This document shows, piece after piece, positions 60,568 through 64,000 of a stretch of DNA of 64,000 bases. Where the stretch lies: positions 1-64,000 of the forward strand of contig JAPSGB010000002.1 of the NCBI GenBank assembly GCA_035063585.1, written 5' to 3'. The DNA comes from Polyangiaceae bacterium (GTDB lineage Bacteria; Myxococcota_A; Polyangia; Polyangiales; Polyangiaceae). Made by a program: the position numbers and the translations under genes. The first letter of the stretch is position 1. Every line of letters begins with the position of its first letter. Below the pieces are notes generated by a model. The model worked only from the letters and a program-made list of their open reading frames with translations. It was not told the DNA's origin and did not search any database.

Positions 60568-61955
60568 GACCGCGGGTTATGCCAACCCTCGAGGCCGTCG
60601 ACCAGTCGATCACACTCCTTCGGGCCCCAGGTGCCCGGCTCGTACTCGTAGAGCGGGGTCACGTCGTCGAGGATGGGCTCCACGATCCCCCAGGCGGCCT
60701 CTACCGCGTCCTCGCGCACGAACTGCATGGCATCACCCTTCATGGAGTCGGTGAGGAGCCGCTCGTAGGCGCCCACCTCGTCGCCCGCGTCGGCCTCGAC
60801 CGCGACGAGCTCGGTCGGCATCGACACCCGCGCGGCGCCGGGGCGCTTCACGCGGGCCGCGAGCGAGATCGACACGTTCGGCCCGAGCCGGAGCCGGAAG
60901 TAGTTGCTCTCCTCGGGCGCGAGCCCGCTGAGCGGCGGCGCCTTGAGATCGACGACGACCTCGGTCGCCGTGACCGGGAGGCATTTCCCGGCGCGAATGA
61001 AGAACGGGACTCCCGCCCAGCGCCACGAGCTCACCTCGAGCCGCACCGCCGCGAACGTCTCCACGTGGGACTTCGGCGCGACCCCTGGCTCGTCGCGGTA
61101 ACCGCGGAACTGCCCGCGCACGAGTTGCTCGGGGCGGAGCGGCGCGATGGACCGGAACACCTTCACCTGCTCATCGCGGATCGAGTCCGAGTAGAGCGAG
61201 GTCGGCGGCTCCATCGCGAGGTAGCCGATGACCTGGAGCAGGTGGTTCTGGATGACGTCGCGGATCGCTCCCGTCTCGTCGTAGAACTTGCCGCGCCCCT
61301 GGACGCCGAAGCTCTCGGCCATCGTGATGTGCACCGAGTCGACGTAGTGCCGGTTCCAGATCGGCTCGAGAAAGGTGTTGGCGAAGCGGAAGAAGAGAAG
61401 ATTCTCGACCGCCTCTTTGCCGAGGTAGTGATCGATGCGATAGATACTCGACTCGGGGAGCACCGCGTGGAGCGCCTCGTTGAGCTTGCGGGCCGTCGCG
61501 AGATCGTGACCGAAGGGCTTCTCGACCACGACACGCGCCCCGTCCGCGCACCCGCTCGCGCCGAGCGAGCGCACCACCTCCGCGAACAGGCTGGGCGGGA
61601 TAGCGAGATAGTGGGTCGGATGCTGGGCCCCGCCGAGTCTTGCGCGGAGCCGCTGGAAGGTCTCGGGCTCGGTGTAAGAGCCGTCGATGTAGTCGAGCAG
61701 CTCGATCAGCCGCGCGAACGCGGCGGCGTCCACCCCGCCGCCATGCTCCAAGAGGCTCTGGCGCGCGCGCTCACGGAGCTGTTCCACCGTCCAGCCGGAC
61801 TTGGCGACGCCGATGATGGGGACCTTTAGCGTCCCCCGTTTCACCATGCTCTGCAGGGCCGGAAAGATCTTCTTGTACGCGAGGTCGCCCGTCGCGCCGA
61901 AGAACACCAACGCATCCGATTGAACGACGTCCTGGGTCACCCGAACACGGTACAC
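60564..61955 (-). CDS. zwf: Glucose-6-phosphate 1-dehydrogenase
   Basis: [22 protein letters not shown] and RDVIQNH motifs; start may be 61940. Confidence 0.97.
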   Translation of the reverse strand: MYRVRVTQDVVQSDALVFFGATGDLAYKKIFPALQSMVKRGTLKVPIIGVAKSGWTVEQLRERARQSLLEHGGGVDAAAFARLIELLDYIDGSYTEPETFQRLRARLGGAQHPTHYLAIPPSLFAEVVRSLGASGCADGARVVVEKPFGHDLATARKLNEALHAVLPESSIYRIDHYLGKEAVENLLFFRFANTFLEPIWNRHYVDSVHITMAESFGVQGRGKFYDETGAIRDVIQNHLLQVIGYLAMEPPTSLYSDSIRDEQVKVFRSIAPLRPEQLVRGQFRGYRDEPGVAPKSHVETFAAVRLEVSSWRWAGVPFFIRAGKCLPVTATEVVVDLKAPPLSGLAPEESNYFRLRLGPNVSISLAARVKRPGAARVSMPTELVAVEADAGDEVGAYERLLTDSMKGDAMQFVREDAVEAAWGIVEPILDDVTPLYEYEPGTWGPKECDRLVDGLEGWHNPRS

Positions 61956-62113
61956 GCCGCGCGCACGCTAGAAAAGCGGTCGCACGAGCAGTCCTTCCGA
62001 CCTGCCTTTCGCACGAGCCGCAAGCCCGAGGAGCGCGCGGCGTCGCGACGCCGTCCGGGGAGCAAGGGTTCGAGAGGATGTCGGTGAGGCGCGGGCTCCA
62101 CGCGGGGCGAGCG

Positions 62114-63085
62114 TCAGTGGAGCGCGAGGAGCCCGGCCCAGAACAGCTCGCGGAGCCCGTTGTGACCGGCGGCGTTGGGGTGGATGCAGTCGTCGTGGAA
62201 CCAGTTGTCGGCCGCCGGCGTGTTCACTCGATGAGCGAGGAAGGCGCCGTGCAGATCGAGCAGGTGCACGCTTGCGTACCCCGCCGCCTTCTCGGTGAGC
62301 CCCTCGTTCCACGGCATGAGCGCCGGGTTGGTCGACTGCGTGCTCGGCCAGAGCGAGAGCGCGCCTGGGCACTTTCGCGACTCGGGCTCGTAGGTGAAGT
62401 CCCCGGTGCCGCCGCTCGGATCGTAGATGTTGGTGATGAGCACGTCGACCTCCACGCCCGGACCGAAGCGGTCGGCGCGCGTGAGCTCGTCCATCGCCGC
62501 GACCCAGCCGGCGAGGAAATCCTGGCGGTCACGCTCCTGGGCCTCGGGCGTGCCGATGAGGTAGTCGGTGAGCCCCGAGACGACGTCGTTGCCGCCAATG
62601 GTGCCGACGACCAGCACCGGGCCCGGCAGGGAGTCCGGTAGGCTCTTCGCCTGGTCGACGAGGACCGACGCGCCTCCGCTCATGCCCTGGGTGGCGATGG
62701 CGCCGCCCACCGAGACCTTCACGACGTTCGTCGTGGAGTCGAAACCCCAGCACGTCGCCAGGTCCACGCCCTTCCACTCGGGATAGAGCGCGTCGTCATT
62801 GTGGACGAGAAGGGTGCGATAAAACGGCTCCTGATCATCGGGGCCGCCGCTGCCGCCGACGTCCGAGATGGAGTCACCCACCACGACCAGCGTCTTATAT
62901 TCGGAGGTCGGGCAGCGGTGCAGATCCGCGGACGAGCCACCGCCCGCGCCCGCTTGATTGCCGCCACCCGCTGCGCCAGCCGCGCCGCCGGCGCCGGGCG
63001 TCGCGCCGCCGTCGTCCGAAGAGCCGCAGCCCGTGAGGGCGACCAGAGCAGAGAGCAGTACGGCACCGAGAAAGGAGCGAGTCAT
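62114..63085 (-). CDS. SGNH/GDSL hydrolase lipoprotein
   Basis: LTGC lipobox; GDSIS, IGGND and DCIHPN motifs. Confidence 0.9.
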   Translation of the reverse strand: MTRSFLGAVLLSALVALTGCGSSDDGGATPGAGGAAGAAGGGNQAGAGGGSSADLHRCPTSEYKTLVVVGDSISDVGGSGGPDDQEPFYRTLLVHNDDALYPEWKGVDLATCWGFDSTTNVVKVSVGGAIATQGMSGGASVLVDQAKSLPDSLPGPVLVVGTIGGNDVVSGLTDYLIGTPEAQERDRQDFLAGWVAAMDELTRADRFGPGVEVDVLITNIYDPSGGTGDFTYEPESRKCPGALSLWPSTQSTNPALMPWNEGLTEKAAGYASVHLLDLHGAFLAHRVNTPAADNWFHDDCIHPNAAGHNGLRELFWAGLLALH

Positions 63086-63213
63086 CGGGAGAGCACCTCC
63101 GTGGGGGAGAGCGCCTGTCTACCCGAAGGCGCACGACTCCGCCAGCGCCACGCTGCCGCGCGCGAGGGGCTCGGCGCGAGGGGCGCCCCGCGCGAGCCCC
63201 TTTCCGGACGCAC

Positions 63214-64000
63214 CTAACGGCGCGCCGCCGCCTGACGCCGCCGGCGGCGGCCGAGCGCCACCGGCACGGCGGCGAGCAGCGCGAGGCCCCACGCGCTGCC
63301 GAGCGGCGCGCGGGAACCCGCCGTGGTGCACGCGCACCCGCCGCCCTCGAGCGTCCCGACCGGCTCCGCCGAGCTGCCGCCTCCGGTCCCGCCGGTGCCA
63401 GCCGAACCGCCGGTGCCGCCCGTCGCGCCGGTGCCAGCCGAACCGCCGGTGCCGCCCGTCGCGCCAGTGCCGCCCGTCGCGCCGGTACCAGCCGAACCGC
63501 CGCTCCCCGAGGCGCCGGCCGCGCCGCCCGTGCCACCGGCTCCGCCCGTGCCTCCCGAGCCTTCGCACGCGCCGGTGGCGGTGTTGCAGGTCGTGCCGGG
63601 CTGCGCCTTGCAGTCCTCATCCGAGGTGCAGCCGGCGCAGGTGCCGTCCGGCGCGCAGACCGGCGCGGTGCTGCTCGGGCAAGCGGCCGAGGCGCCACTC
63701 GCGTAGTCGCCGTCGCAGACGACGCAGGCGCTGGTGGTCTCGTTGCACACGGGCTTCTCGGCTGGGCAGTTCGCGCTGGTCGCGCACTCTTCGCAGCGCC
63801 CGGCGTTCGGCCCCGCCGTCACGCAGTGGCCGGCGCGGCAGCTCGCGTCGTCCGTGCAGCCGTCGTGGTGGAGGTCGATGCCGCACTTGCCGTCCGCGGC
63901 GTCACAGGCCTGACTACGGCAGACGGTGCCAGCGTCCGCGCTCGAGCAGGTCCCGTTGCCGTTCGCGTAGCCGCACTGGTCGTCGGAGTCGTCGCAGACC
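63214..64000 (-). CDS. C-terminal part of a Cys-rich surface protein with MYXO-CTERM sorting signal (5' end outside window)
   Basis: Frame open to the window edge; C..DxDC repeats; Gly/Thr linker; GGGCAC...hydrophobic...RRRRR. Confidence 0.88.
   Translation of the reverse strand, partial: VCDDSDDQCGYANGNGTCSSADAGTVCRSQACDAADGKCGIDLHHDGCTDDASCRAGHCVTAGPNAGRCEECATSANCPAEKPVCNETTSACVVCDGDYASGASAACPSSTAPVCAPDGTCAGCTSDEDCKAQPGTTCNTATGACEGSGGTGGAGGTGGAAGASGSGGSAGTGATGGTGATGGTGGSAGTGATGGTGGSAGTGGTGGGSSAEPVGTLEGGGCACTTAGSRAPLGSAWGLALLAAVPVALGRRRRRQAAARR

Noticed and set aside
61956..62113. tRNA or ncRNA suggested by GGTTCGA
   Set aside because: No cloverleaf or T-stem pairing around the motif
63214..64000. 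TraA kin-recognition receptor
   Set aside because: Cys-rich plus MYXO-CTERM fits many proteins; no downstream traB (OmpA) gene, and the N-terminus is outside the window

Overview
Very GC-rich bacterial chromosomal DNA (roughly 70% by eye) with the gene content of a myxobacterium (Myxococcota, probably Polyangiaceae-like). That assignment is inferred from a MYXO-CTERM protein, many Gly/Cys-rich lipoproteins, an ECF sigma/anti-sigma module and a eukaryote-like Ser/Thr kinase. The first ~730 bp are mobile-element debris: an IS3-like transposase fragment, a frameshifted phage baseplate-J fragment, and an IS21-type left end with four ~20-bp repeats. The rest holds about 50 CDS. Housekeeping and metabolic genes: argJ, ahpC-ahpF-oxyR, dtd, HIT, metK, glnB-glnA, ruvB, zwf. 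Signalling genes: an orphan hybrid CheA, an FHA-GGDEF protein, a Ser/Thr kinase with two tandem histidine kinases, and a TerB-PPP phosphatase. It also contains an OleB/OleC-like cassette and many secreted or lipoprotein hydrolases and adhesins. Best candidates for undescribed systems: (i) a Fur-box-preceded FadL-like channel plus Cys-rich lipoprotein; (ii) a TerB + eukaryote-type PPP phosphatase fusion; (iii) an OleBC-like cassette lacking oleA/oleD but carrying a Cys-nucleophile hydrolase; (iv) an ECF-controlled surface-lipoprotein operon; (v) an intact/degenerate histidine kinase pair. No tRNA, rRNA or CRISPR array was seen. All calls come from motif recognition by eye; no database searches were run.
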